64,000 nt of DNA from Carcharhinus amblyrhynchos (GCA_965287045.1 OZ336873.1:35340001-35404000); one strand, 5' to 3'; counted from the first letter of the stretch, positions 1-11,380 are shown. Notes: generated by a model from the letters alone, not told the origin. Made by a program: numbers and translations.

Positions 1-470
1 ACTACTCGTGAGTAAGACTTGGGTTCCTGTTTGGAATAATATAAAATATCTGAACCAGCAAATTGTTTGAATACCAATAAGCAATAGTTGAAAGATATCC
101 ATTGGCTTCCTCCATAAGCACATAAAGAGCTCCTGCTTCCAGAACCAATCTTTGAGAAAACCTAATGTCTTCAAAGAGCAAAAGTCTGAATCTTGCTATA
201 AGTGATCATCTAAGCCACTAAATAAGACCACCTTTCATCTTTTTAACAAGGGGAACTAACAATATTGGAAATTCTCCATCTCACATTGACTTTTATTTTT
301 AAAACAATAATACAAGCTGCATTTTTCTTTCCACACTGTCCTATTCCATTTAGAAGAACCGGCAAGATGTAGCCATAAACTTCTCCACAACAGCAATCAA
401 TGGAGTTCTCACTGAACAACAAAAAACTGCATTATTTCCTCTGTTAATCTATACACATCCCAAAAGACTA

Positions 471-506
471 TCATGACAACATACTCCCTCATGACAACAC
501 ACTCCA
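471..506. repeat. 18-bp tandem duplication (TCATGACAACAYACTCCM x2)
   Basis: tcatgacaacatactccc followed by tcatgacaacacactcca. Confidence 0.85.
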
Positions 507-599
507 TCTTGTAGCAAAACCGAGAACTTGTGCAATTTTCCCAAAGACTCGCAGACAAAATCTGAATGACCATTTTTGAACTTGGGCCTTCAGAGTGGA

Positions 600-880
600 A
601 GCCGATTTTTTTTTTCTGTATAAGACATTAAACCGAGAGTCTTGTTGCTAGATAGATGAATATTAAGAAAAATTTAGTGCCATTTGAAGAAAATAAAATT
701 ATTTCTCTGCATTCCTTACTTAACTAATCAGCCCACTGAGGTTCTTTGGATCTTAGTAAAGAGAGATTTTTTCAGCAATTAACTGTGAATGGGCAGTGAT
801 CTAAGCTCAATAATTTATTGTATGTGATGTGCTTTGAATAATTTCGGTAACATGATGATGGACTATGTAAGCATATATCT
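600..880 (+). mobile_element. Highly decayed Deu-domain SINE relic
   Basis: AAGACATTAAACCGAG...CCATTTGAAGAA resembles the Deu core seen at 52270-52590, and the end (GTGCTTTG...CTATGTAAGCA) resembles an L2-type tail. Confidence 0.35.
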
Positions 881-1084
881 TTAATTCTCTACTACTCCTG
901 TTCCTATAGGGCTATGTTGACTGATATGTCCATATAGATTAACTTCTTTTGTTTGTTACTTTAGGGGATATAAAAGCAATATCAAATGGAATTTATCTGA
1001 CAACTGTTCATCTGAATTATTCACTTAAAACCTTAGAAAATATCTAATTTACAAACAAATATTTGGAAGGCAGACCACTTGCAT

Positions 1085-1310
1085 CATAGGCATACCATTG
1101 GATCTGGTAATGTGTAATGAGGCATGTTTAATAAACAATTTCAGAGTTAAATATCCCCTAGGAAACAGTGACCATAATATGGTAGAATTTAGCATTCTGT
1201 TTGAGAGAGAAACCTGGGTCAGAAACAACAGTTGACCAACAATGGCAGATGTTTATGAAATTAGTTCACAACTCACAACAAGTATATAGGAAGAAGGATT
1301 CTAGGAAGGG
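1085..1310 (+). mobile_element. CR1/HER1-like LINE ORF2 fragment (end of endonuclease domain)
   Basis: Encodes LDLVMCNE...PLGNSDHNMVEF, the SDH motif of the APE domain. Confidence 0.7.
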
Positions 1311-1311
1311 C

Positions 1312-2910
1312 ATAAGACCATAAGATATAGGAGCAGGATTAGGCCACTCGTCTCTTCATGTCTGCTGTGCCATTCAATCATGGCTGATATTTTTCTCATC
1401 TCCATTCTGCTGTCTTTTCCCCATAACCCTTGATCCCCCTATTAATTAAGAACCTATCTATTTTTGTCTGGAAAACATTCAATGATCTGGCCTCCACAGC
1501 TTTCTGAGGCAAAGAGTTTCACAGATTCACCATTCTCTGGCTTAAGAAATTCCTCCTTATCTCTGTTTTAAAGAATCATCCCTTTAGCCTGAGATTGTGC
1601 CCGCCTGTTCTTGTTTTTCCTACAGGTGGAAAAGTCTTCTCCATGTCCACTTTATCCAAGCCTCGCAGTATCCTGTAAGTTTCAGTAAGATCCTCCCTCA
1701 TCCTTTTAAACTCCAACCGGTACAGACCCAGAGTCCTCTATCATTCCTCATATGACAAGCTCTTTGTTCCAGGGATCATTCTTGTGGACCTTTTCCAAGG
1801 CCAGCACATCCTTCCTTAGATATGGGGCCCAAAACTTCTCACAATACTCCAAATGGGGTCAGACCAGAGCCTTATATAGCCTCAGAAGTACATCCCTGCA
1901 CTTGAATTCTAGCTCTTTCAACATGAATGGTAACATTGTATTTGCATTCCTAACTGCCGACTGAACCTGCAGTTTAACCTTAAGAGAATCTGAGCAGGGG
2001 CTCCCAAGTCTCTTTGTGTTTCTGATTTCCTAAGCATTTCCCCATTTAGAAAATAGTCTATGCCTCCATTCCTCCTTCCAAAGTGCATAACCTCTCACTT
2101 TTCCACATTGTATTCCATCTGCCACTTCTTTGCCCATTCTCCTTACCTGTCCAAGTCCTTTTGCAGCCCCCTTGCTCCCTCAATACTACCTGTCCCTCTA
2201 TGTATCTTTGTATCATCTGCAAAGTTAGCAACAGTGCCTTCAGTTTCTTCTTCCAAATCATTAATGTATATTGTGAAAAGTTGTGGTCTTAGCACTAACC
2301 CTGAGGCACACTACTAGTCACCAGCTGCCATTCTGAAAAAGACCCCGTTAGCCCCACTCTCTGCCTTCTGCCAGTCAGCCAATCCTCTATCCATGCCAGG
2401 ATCTTCAACAGTATGGGCTCTTAACTTATTTAACAGTCTCCTATGCGGCACCTTTTCAAATCTTTTTGGAAATCTAAATAAATCACATCCACTGGTTCTC
2501 CTTTATCAAACTTGTTACCTCCTCAAAGAACTCTAACAGATTTGTCAGACGTGACCTCCCCTTGACAAAGCCGTGCTCACTCAGTTCAATTTTATAATGC
2601 ACTTCCAAGTACTCCCCGAATTTAACCTTTAATAATGGACTCTAAAATCTTGCCAATGACTGAAGTCAGACCAACTGGCCTATAATTCCCTGTCTGCTGC
2701 CTCCCTCCCTTCTAAAACAGCGGTGTTACATTAGCTACTTTCCAGTCCTCTGGAACCCTCCTTGCCTCCAGTGATTCCTGAAAGATCACCACCAATGCTT
2801 CCACAATTTCCTCAGCTATCTCTTTTAGAAACCTGGGGTGTAGTCCATCTGATCAATATGATTTATCCAAATGCAGACCTTTCAGTTTCCCCAGAACTTT
2901 CTCCTTAGCG
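1312..2910 (-). mobile_element. CR1/HER1-like LINE, 5'-truncated RT region plus 3' tail
   Basis: Reverse tail ATAAGACCATAAGATATAGGAGCAGG at the left end. RT-like peptide remnants on the minus strand, with frameshifts and stops. Confidence 0.9.
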
Positions 2911-2939
2911 ATGGATGATGCCAAGCTCTGAGTGTTGTT

Positions 2940-3035
2940 GGAGCTGTGACAGGATTCAAACCCGGGTCCCCAGAACAGTAGCTGAGTTTTCTGGATTAAT
3001 ACTCCAGGTGATAATACCACTAGGCCAGCGCCTCC
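2940..3035 (-). mobile_element. 5' tRNA-derived head of a SINE (same family as 47030-47375)
   Basis: Minus strand reads GGAGGCGCTGGCCTAGTGGTATTATCACC...GGGGACCCGGGTTTGAATCC, with A-box and B-box-like motifs. Confidence 0.65.
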
Positions 3036-3039
3036 TTAA

Positions 3040-3692
3040 ATACATTAGCATGGATAGGGGATTGTCTAACTAATAGATGACAGAGAGGTAGGATAAGAGG
3101 GGAATTTTCAGAAAGGCAACCTCTAATTAGTGAATGCCATTGGAATCAGAGCTGGGGTCACAATTATTTATAATATATATTAGTTACTTGGATGGGGGAC
3201 GTGAACGTACTACTTCCAAGTTTGTGGCGACACAAGGCAAGCGGTGAGAATGATACAAGCAGTCTATGGAGGGATATAGACAGGTTAAGTGAGTGGGCAA
3301 AAGCTTTGCAGATGGAATGTAATGTAGGAAAATAAGAGGTTATGCCTTTGACAGGAAGAATAAAGGAGCTGAATATTACTTAAATTGAGAAAGACATCAG
3401 AAAGCTGCAGCATAGAGAGATTTGGTGATCCTTGTGCATAAATCACAAAAAGCTAGCATGCAAGTTCAGTAGGCAATAGGGAAGACAAATTGAATGTTAA
3501 CCTTTATTTCAAATGGAATGGAGCATAAAAATAGGAAAGTCTTGCTAAAGCTAATCAAGGCACTAGTTAGACCACGTCTGGAATACTGTGAACAGTTTTG
3601 GTCCCTTTTTCTAAGGAAAGCTATATTAGCATTGGAGGCAGTACAGAGAAGGTCAAATGGTCTACTTCTGCTCCTACATCTTAAGGTCTTAT
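3040..3692 (+). mobile_element. CR1/HER1-like LINE RT/C-terminal fragment with an internally deleted 3' end
   Basis: ORF 3494-3694 (LLKLIKALVRPRLEYCEQFWS...LEAVQRR) is classic CR1 ORF2. Tail CTGCTCCTACATCTTAAGGTCTTAT. Confidence 0.88.
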
Positions 3693-3924
3693 AGGCATTC
3701 AAGCAAGCTTAGTGCTTTCATCTCATTTACTTGATTGCAGCCTGGCGTCAAGTGGAACTTTTTCACTGATTGACTCTTTGTGCCACTGGTTGCTTTTTTT
3801 TGCAAGGGATCCACCAGTATGGTGTGGAGAGCCCATGATACAGCCCCACTCTATTTTGAAAGGCAGGCTGTCCCTTTTTAAAGCAAATTGCACTAAATAA
3901 TATTACTGGAATTTAAAACATGGA

Positions 3925-4130
3925 AAATGGAATACCAGGACAGAGCACTGCAAGAGGATGAATGTGGCACTTGAAGCATGAGTGGTGGCGGTAAGGAGAA
4001 GGAGAACCTCAACGTCTACAGATTGGAAACAGGTGGCCAGGAAGATCAACTCCCAGATTCCAGACCTGCGGACTTGGTAGCTAGTGCCACAAGTTCAATG
4101 ATATCATGTGGGTAATCAACATCAATATGT
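3925..4130 (+). mobile_element. Decayed Myb/SANT-like (trihelix) ORF of a Harbinger-type DNA transposon
   Basis: WKQVARKINSQIPDLRTW followed by a KFND-like remnant (AAGTTCAATGAT). Similar layout to 41270-41500. Confidence 0.5.
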
Positions 4131-4433
4131 ATATCTTCACATTACATCTCCTACTCACCCCCCTTGTCACCAACTGTGCATGCTACTCAATGCACCACAC
4201 CTCTATCACTCACACAGCACAACTTGCTGGTATTCAGGACTTGCTCCTGACATGCAGATGCTCCACCTAACCTAGCTACAGATGCTGCCAGACTCACATC
4301 ACCTCTTGCTGCCTCCACGTATCTCCAGTTATTTAGTGGTATGCATATCACTCAAACAATACAGTGCTACACTATCACTGACATTTTTCCCACTTTCTTA
4401 CAGAATGGCAAGATGGCAGAACTGGTTGAGGGA

Positions 4434-4448
4434 GGGGGGGGGGGGGGG
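4434..4448 (+). repeat. Poly-G run (15 G)
   Basis: Directly visible. Confidence 0.9.
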
Positions 4449-4793
4449 CACGGTGGGGACATGGATACTTGCACCCCTTCAGCCATACAAAGACTATGGT
4501 CTGTAACATCATGACACTCTCTGTGATGGAACCCATAACATCTGGTGTCATTTAAAATATTGAGGATGATGCTAAGTTTCTGCCTAATGCCTCTTTTCAA
4601 TTTGCAACACACCCTCATCTTGCTACGTGTCATGGTGAACGAGCTGCTGATTGTGTGACCATGGTTGTCTTGTTTCCCAACACCTGCATCCCCACCTTCT
4701 ATTTCTGAGTTCCTGCTTCCAGGCACCCAAAACGTGCCACCTGCTCAGCCACAGCAACCAAATGAGGGAGAGAGAAAGAAACAGTGCAGCATT

Positions 4794-4870
4794 CATAAGA
4801 TCATAAGAAACAGGAGCAGGAAGCCATTTGGCTCAGTGACTTATGAACTGTAGTCAAATGATGATTGGCC
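4794..4870 (-). mobile_element. Short CR1 3'-tail remnant
   Basis: CATAAGATCATAAGAAACAGGAGCAGGAAGCCATTTGGC resembles the tail at 1312. Confidence 0.55.
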
Positions 4871-6141
4871 CATTCTATGTTAAAAATGTGGCCAACACCA
4901 CCCCCCACACACAATCATTGTATGTTTCAATCAATATTGTAATGCAAATCTTTGTCAGAAAGATTTCAGCTCTCATTGTTCTAATTATCAATCCTCCTTG
5001 CCGTGTGATGTGTTCACGCAAGTGCAGGATCCACAATAATCAGTGCGTCAGCAGGAAGCCAGTGAACACAGAAGGGGAGAAAATCCTCTCTATGCTGATT
5101 GTTGTGGAGGACCATGACTTTAACTATTGTTAGTATCAATGCATTAATCAACCACCTCATTATACAGAAGATCTGAACTACTGTTACATTTAAAGTGCTG
5201 AAACTTTTGTTTTAAGTTCACTAAATGAGCCCTGTTATTTGCTGATTACTGTCAGTCTTTTGCTAATTGAATTAAACAATTCAAGAGCTTTGGTATGCTG
5301 CTAGGGAAAAAACTATTTGTGCACTTGAGTCATGATTGGATTTTGCTTGTTCATTTGATTAACAGCAGACTATTAGAGCTGTTTTAAGAGGGTGAAAAGA
5401 ATTTAAAGTTAGTACTATTAAAAGTGACAGAGTGAGGTACAAGCTTAATCTGTGTGATTCAAAAATAATAAAATGCTGTCTCTGGGGATGCAGAGAGATC
5501 CAAATTGTGCTAGCACAACTTGCTTTACTACGTGGCAAAGTAAGCCATCAAAGTAAAAATAAAGACCATACCAATTTATGTTCCTGCTAATTCATTTCAC
5601 CACTTATAAACAAACAGTTAGTTTAATTTTCTCTATATGGTCATGAAGTGAGGTTAGTGCATGCCCTCAGTCTAATGTAAAACTGACTAAGTAGCAATCA
5701 TTCCCTGGTTCCCAATATGAAAACAGGCCAAGTTTCTTTAATGGAACAATCATTTTGGAACATATGTAAAAAAGACAAATGAATGAGTGGTGGCTTTATC
5801 TCAATTTGAGTTCCTGATTAGAAGTAACAGTTCTCCATTGTGCTGCTCGAATTGTGCATGAGAAATTACTGGCCCTCCATGAAAGAAAAAACACTGACCT
5901 CCAGCTGAATTAAACAGACAACCATGTAATATGCACTTCAAATAAGCATGCAATGACTTGTGCTGCTGCACATGAAAATATTAAATATCTAGTAAGTACA
6001 TAGGTCATTTCAGAGGAACTAGTCTGAGCCCACAATTAAAGATTATGTTGGTCAAGCAATTAGGGTCTGAGGTTGACCGTTCAATGCTTTCAAAGGCTAT
6101 TTTATTTTTCTTACAAGATTGTCCCTTTTTCTGCAATCAAT

Positions 6142-6264
6142 GGGGGGAATTTTCCTGTCCTGCCCACCACAGGAATTGTAGCAGGATGGGGGAGGGGGCC
6201 ATGCAAAGGGACCTCGGGCAGGATTTTCCAGTTTTGGGGCGAACACAGCCTGAAAATCCTGCCC
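6142..6264. mobile_element. Harbinger-type MITE with 13-bp imperfect TIRs and a 3-bp TSD (AAT)
   Basis: Left end GGGGGGAATTTTC; right end GAAAATCCTGCCC (reverse complement GGGCAGGATTTTC). AAT at 6139-6141 and 6265-6267. Confidence 0.7.
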
Positions 6265-6414
6265 AATGGGTATTTCTCTTTTTTTTCACTAACATGTCAA
6301 TAATAGTATAATCATAAGCCCAAATATTGAATAAAATTTGTAAAAATGCACACATCCATTACGTTTTGTTGTAAACCAAAATTTTGCTCCAGTGTAAAGC
6401 TTGTGGAGAAATTC

Positions 6415-6585
6415 ATCATTCCTTCATTGCTGCTAACTCTAAATCTTGGAACTCACTGCCTAACAGCACTGTGGATGTACCTTCACCGCTTGAGATGCAG
6501 CGGTTCTCAAGGGTAGCCAGGGATGGGCAATAAAAGCTGTCATGGGTAGCAACATGCACATTCTGAGAACTAATAAAGAAAAAAC
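6415..6585 (+). mobile_element. 3' tail of a LINE (CR1/L2 group) sharing its end with the SINE at 47030-47375
   Basis: TGGAACTCACTGCCTAACAGC (WNSLP)...GGGATGGGCAATAAAAGCTG...CACATTCTGAGAACTAATAAAGAAAAAA. Confidence 0.6.
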
Positions 6586-7502
6586 ACAGCAATCAGTGAT
6601 TGATTAATAGTTCTATCATTAGAATGTGCACAATGTAAATAACATCCTAATAAAGCTTTGTGCAATTCTAGCTTTCCAAAACAATACAGATCCCAGTATC
6701 ATTGCACCTGAAACTTCAGACTTTCTCCCCACAGCGTCAGTCCATCAACTGTGCCTGTACAGAAACTAAGCAACGTTTTTTTTTAAAGTGAAGCTTGACT
6801 GTTCTGACTAGTGCGAACAGGGCAGCTCAGCTAATCTTAGCGGAGCCAAGGAGGAGCATACTGGAGCTGCTCCAGTTATCAGAGCTAATGAGGTCATAGA
6901 AAATGTCTTCATTGTATTGAATCAACCTGCATCAATGTGAACAATTACAATTGGTGGAGCCTCACCAAGGTGATGGGTGTGATGTTTTCCAGTGTGATTT
7001 TCACCCTACCCCACCATCCATCCTAAGTCCTTTATCTTGATTCGTTTTTTGAAGTCCTTAAGGGAACTATCATCTAGTTATGAACATTATACATGTAAAT
7101 CTACAAACCTTTCCAAGAAATTGCTGTGACCAAGAAACAATTGAATTAGGCATCCAATAAGATAACGGCTGCACAGAAAGTAAATACAGAAAACAGGATC
7201 AAAATCTAGAGTTCCCACAAGTTAGATAAAATGCAATGTTATTAAATACTAATTGATCAGAGTAGCAACTTAGCAAACAAGTGTTTCAACAGGGTTAAGC
7301 AAGTCAACAATAAATTGTATCGTTCCTTTTTGGGCAAGTTACAATACCCAAGTGACAGGTTTTCAGTAGCTTGGAGCACTGACAAATAATTTATATTTCA
7401 TATTAATCAAATAGAATTAAAAGTTAAAATATGCACGAGTCTATTTATTCTCTGCCTTGCTTAACTATTAAATAATCAGATGCACTGCATTCTACAGGGT
7501 AC

Positions 7503-7618
7503 CTGAAGTTCAGTTTGAAAGAAGAATTTCTGTGGGCATTGCGAACAGTCGTAAATCTTATCTTCTTGCCCATGTACTGCGAAGATATGCTGTTGCAGTT
7601 TGTTTGCCTGCACGAAGA
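7503..7618 (-). CDS. ZNF423: ZNF423 penultimate coding exon (116 bp): (V)[38 protein letters not shown], His half of the second-last finger and Cys half of the last finger
   Basis: The minus-strand translation matches the recalled ZNF423 C-terminus (HIFAVH and YDCSQC, where ZNF521 has HIFSAH and YDCTQC). Acceptor TTTTCAG has AG at 7619-7620; donor CAG|GTACCC has GT at 7501-7502. The phase joins the upstream exon (G|TC = Val). Confidence 0.95.
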
Positions 7619-9344
7619 CTGAAAATAATTGAAAGTGATCAGAAGTGCATCTGCTGCAGAACTTGGCTGCCATTCCCAGCTGTACGTCTATTACTATCAC
7701 ACTGAGCCAAATCCCCCACAGACCTAGTGATATTTATCAATAAATCATTTTTTTGTTTCACTAAATTTAATCCACTATGTAGACGATATTAATAATTTAA
7801 CATTTCAAGACAAGCGTTTCACTTATTTATAACATCTTGTATACCGGGCCTCTATCTAATTTGCACACATGAAGATGCCTTTTTGGGAAAGTAATTATTG
7901 GTCCATATGCGGGCTTGGATTATCAGAAATAAACTTGCCATCTTCTTGTGAGAGCAGTATTCCTTATTCCCTTCCACATAACATAGTTTTAAATGTTAAT
8001 ACATACCAACAAGTCAGAAAACAAAGACCCAATCTTTTATCTTTCCATTTTTAAGTGATTTGTGTTTAAGGGATGCTGGTACAAGGAAATTAGAAACAAA
8101 CATTACCTGTTTATATCTTATCAAGCTCTCACAAGTCCATGCATACATCAATGGGAAATGACCAGGTGCACATCATAACGTTGCAACTTCAGGATGTGCA
8201 GTGAATTTTAGAATGTTGTACTGGCATTTATTTGTTATGCTGAGGCTGATAGGTTACTCCATGGTCAGACTGTCAATTTGATGAGTCTCAGTGGGGCTGT
8301 GTAGTTGAAGTAACGAGAAGTCCAACTGCTGTATGTTAAAATGTATAACCTGAGTTTACACCAGTAGGGGTGTAAAGTCAACAGGAAAATCAATTAATAT
8401 ATTAGGCAGTCACATCTCCTATCGAGTAACATGACTTTGGTCTAATGCTCTACTTTACCAAAGTTTCTAAATTATTCTGAAAGTGAACTAAACATACAAT
8501 GGAATATTGTGTAATCGATAGAGAAGTCCCACATTGCCAACTTAAAGCAAGTTGCCTATATCTTTCTTTCAAAATCAGGTAATGTGACTAGTTGTAACAG
8601 CAGAGGAGACGTGACACTGAACTTCCTTGCACTTGGTTATTGAATTGAGTTTTATATAGCTCTACAACAATAAAGATAATGAGCCAAGTTTTGCCAAAGC
8701 TTGTCTGAGTTTACTAAGATGGACAATAACATCGTCAGATGGGGCAATTTATACAAGAAATCTTCAGAGACAAACTGGAGAACTTAAGTGGATCCACGGG
8801 TAGTTTGTGCTGAATGCAAAAGCAGGCCAGTTTGGTTGGAATCTATGTTGTAATGTTTTAATTTGAAACTATGGAACCACTGTCTGAAGTGAGCAGACAC
8901 TAAATTAGCCCACAATCCTTTTTAATTGGTTGGAGCACCTAACACTTTTTTGTCCACTAAGACAGAAAAAGGAAGACAATTAAGCACTGCAGAAATCTAA
9001 AACCACAAAGGTGGCTCAGCATAGCTCAAGACAGATAATTTCACTCATGGAATAGCATTAGTTCCACTGTGGCCTTAAAAGGACATGGTTCTCATATGAA
9101 ATCAGGAAGACTGACAATCCCAATTAGAAATGATTACCCATTTTGTAAGAAGGGAGTAAATCTGCATTCCACAAAATTAATGAGGAATTTAATAGTTCCA
9201 GGGAGAGAGTCAAACATTTTAATTTTTCCTAAAGTCAGAATCAGATTAATATTATTGTGTGAGAATTACATCACACCTTTGGGGACAGCAACGCCTATTG
9301 CTGATGCTTGTAACATTTAATAAAAATAAAACAACAGGCCAAGA

Positions 9345-11380
9345 TGTATTTGATTTGATTTACTATTGTCGCATGTACTAGTATACAGTAAAAGGTACTG
9401 TTTCTTGCGCGTTATACAGACAAGGCATACCGTACATAGGGAAGGAAAGGAAAGTGCTGAATGTAGCGCTACAGTCATAGCTGGGGTGTAGAGAAAGATC
9501 AATTTAACGCGAGGTAGCTCCATTCAAAAGTCTGACGACAGCAGGAAAAAGTCGGTTGGTACACGTCCTCAGACTTTTGTATTTTTTTTCTGACAGACAA
9601 TGGTGGAAGACAGTGTATCCACAGTGACTGGGGTCCTTGATTATGCTGGCTGCTTTTCCGAGGTAGCGGGAAGTGCGTACAGCATCAATGGATAGGAGGC
9701 TGAATGATGAATGATGGGCTGGGCATTCATGACCCTTTGTAATTTATTGTGGTTTTGGACGGAGCAGGAGCCACACCAAGCTGTGATATAACCAGAAAGA
9801 ATACTTTCTGTGGTGCATCTGTAGAAGTTCTTGAGAGTTATAGCAGACATGCCAAACTTCCTCAGACTCCTGAGAAAGTAGAAGCATTGGTGGGCTTTCT
9901 TAACTGTAGCATCGGCATGAAGGGACCAGGACAGGTTGTTGGTGATCTGCACACGTAAAAACGAAGCTCGCAACTCATTCATTCCCATTGATGTAGGCAT
10001 GCCCTCCAGTTCACTTCCTGAAGTGGATGACTATCTCCTTCATTATGTTGACATTGAGGGAGAGATCATTGTCGTCACACCAGTTCACCAGATTCTCTAT
10101 CCTGTACTGTGTCTCATCATTGTTTGAGATCCAATGTTGGTGTCATCAGTAAACTTGAAAATCGAGTTGGAGGGGAATTTGGCAATACAGTCAGAGATAT
10201 ATAAGGAGCATAGTAAGGGGCTGAGGATGCATCCTTGCAGAGCACCTATGTTGAGGATAATCGTGGAGGAGGTGTTGATGCCTATCCTTACTGACTATGG
10301 TCTGTGGGTTAGGAAGTCTAGAATCCAGTTGCAGACAGAGGAGCCAAGCCCCAGGACATGAAGTTTTGAAATGAGTCATATAGGAATAATGGCCTTAAAG
10401 GCTGAGCTGTAGTCTATGAACAGAAGTCTGACATAAGTGTCTTTGTTATCTAGGTGTTCCAGAGTTGACTACAGGGCCAGTGAGATGGCATCTGCTGTGG
10501 ACCTGTTGCGGCAATAGGCAAACTGTAGGGGATCCAGGCAGCCTGGGAGGCAGGAACTGATTTGTACCATAACTAACCATGACAAATGGCAGCACAGTGG
10601 CACAGTGGTTAGTACTGCGGCCTCGCAGCGCCAGTGACCCAGGTTTGATTCTCTGCTTGGGTCACTGTCTGTCTGGAATTTGCACGTTCTCCCAGTGTCT
10701 GCGTGGTCTTCCTGCAGGCGGTCCGGTTTTCTCCCACAGTCTGAAAGATATGCCGGTTAGGTACATTAACCCGAACAGGCGCCGAAGTGAGGCGATTAGG
10801 GGAATTTCACAGTAACTTCATTGCAGTGTTAATGTTAGCCTGACTTGTGACTAATAAATAAACTTTTAAAAACTTTCAAAGCACTTCATAATGATGGATG
10901 TCAGAGCCACCGGACGATAGTCATTAAGGCACACTGCCTGGCTTTTCTTTGGTACCAAGATGATGGTCGTCTTCTTGAAGCAGATTGGTGTAAAGAGAAG
11001 TTGAAGGTGTCTGTGAAAACTCCCTCCAGCTGCTCCGTGCAGGACTTGAGTGCTAGTCCAGGTACCCCATCCAGGACAGTTGCTTTCCGTGGGTTGACTT
11101 TTGAGCAAGCTGCTCTGCCATCTGCAATGGTGACCTCGGATACAGGTTTGGCCAAGGCTTCCAGGATGGAGGGTGTGCTCTCGCTGACCTCTTCAAAACG
11201 GGCATAGAATATGTTGAGTTCATCAGGGAGGGGTGCATTGGAGATAGCAGTTTTACCTGCCTTCAACTTGCAGCCTGTTATGTCTTGCAGACCTTGCCAT
11301 TGTCGGTGGGAGTCCTCGTGGCTAGCCTGGAATTCTAGCTTGGTCTAGTACTGGCCTTTAGACATATTTGATGGATCTCC
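9345..11380 (-). mobile_element. Rex1/Babar-clade LINE, 5'-truncated, decayed RT, interrupted by a SINE at 10588-10866
   Basis: Peptides [43 protein letters not shown] and NNLSWSLHADATVKKAHQ..FLRSLRKF. (CAAAT)n tail at ~9347-9361. Confidence 0.92.
10588..10866 (+). mobile_element. HE1-like V-SINE with the alternative (Rex1-like) tail, nested in Rex1
   Basis: tRNA-like head GGCAGCACAGTGGCACAGTGGTTAG and V-domain core. Tail CAGTAACTTCATTGCAGTGTTAATG...TGTGACTAATAAATAAAC. It splits the Rex1 KCFER|LVM coding stretch. Confidence 0.88.

Noticed and set aside
4171-4192. Minus-strand CATGCACAG (HAQ) as the ZNF423 terminal exon
   Set aside because: It is preceded by an in-frame TAG, lacks the NHTMSQ codons, has no stop after it and adjoins a transposon relic.
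7476-7700. 74-aa ORF as a stand-alone gene
   Set aside because: Only 7503-7618 is exon; the rest is intronic read-through beyond canonical splice sites.
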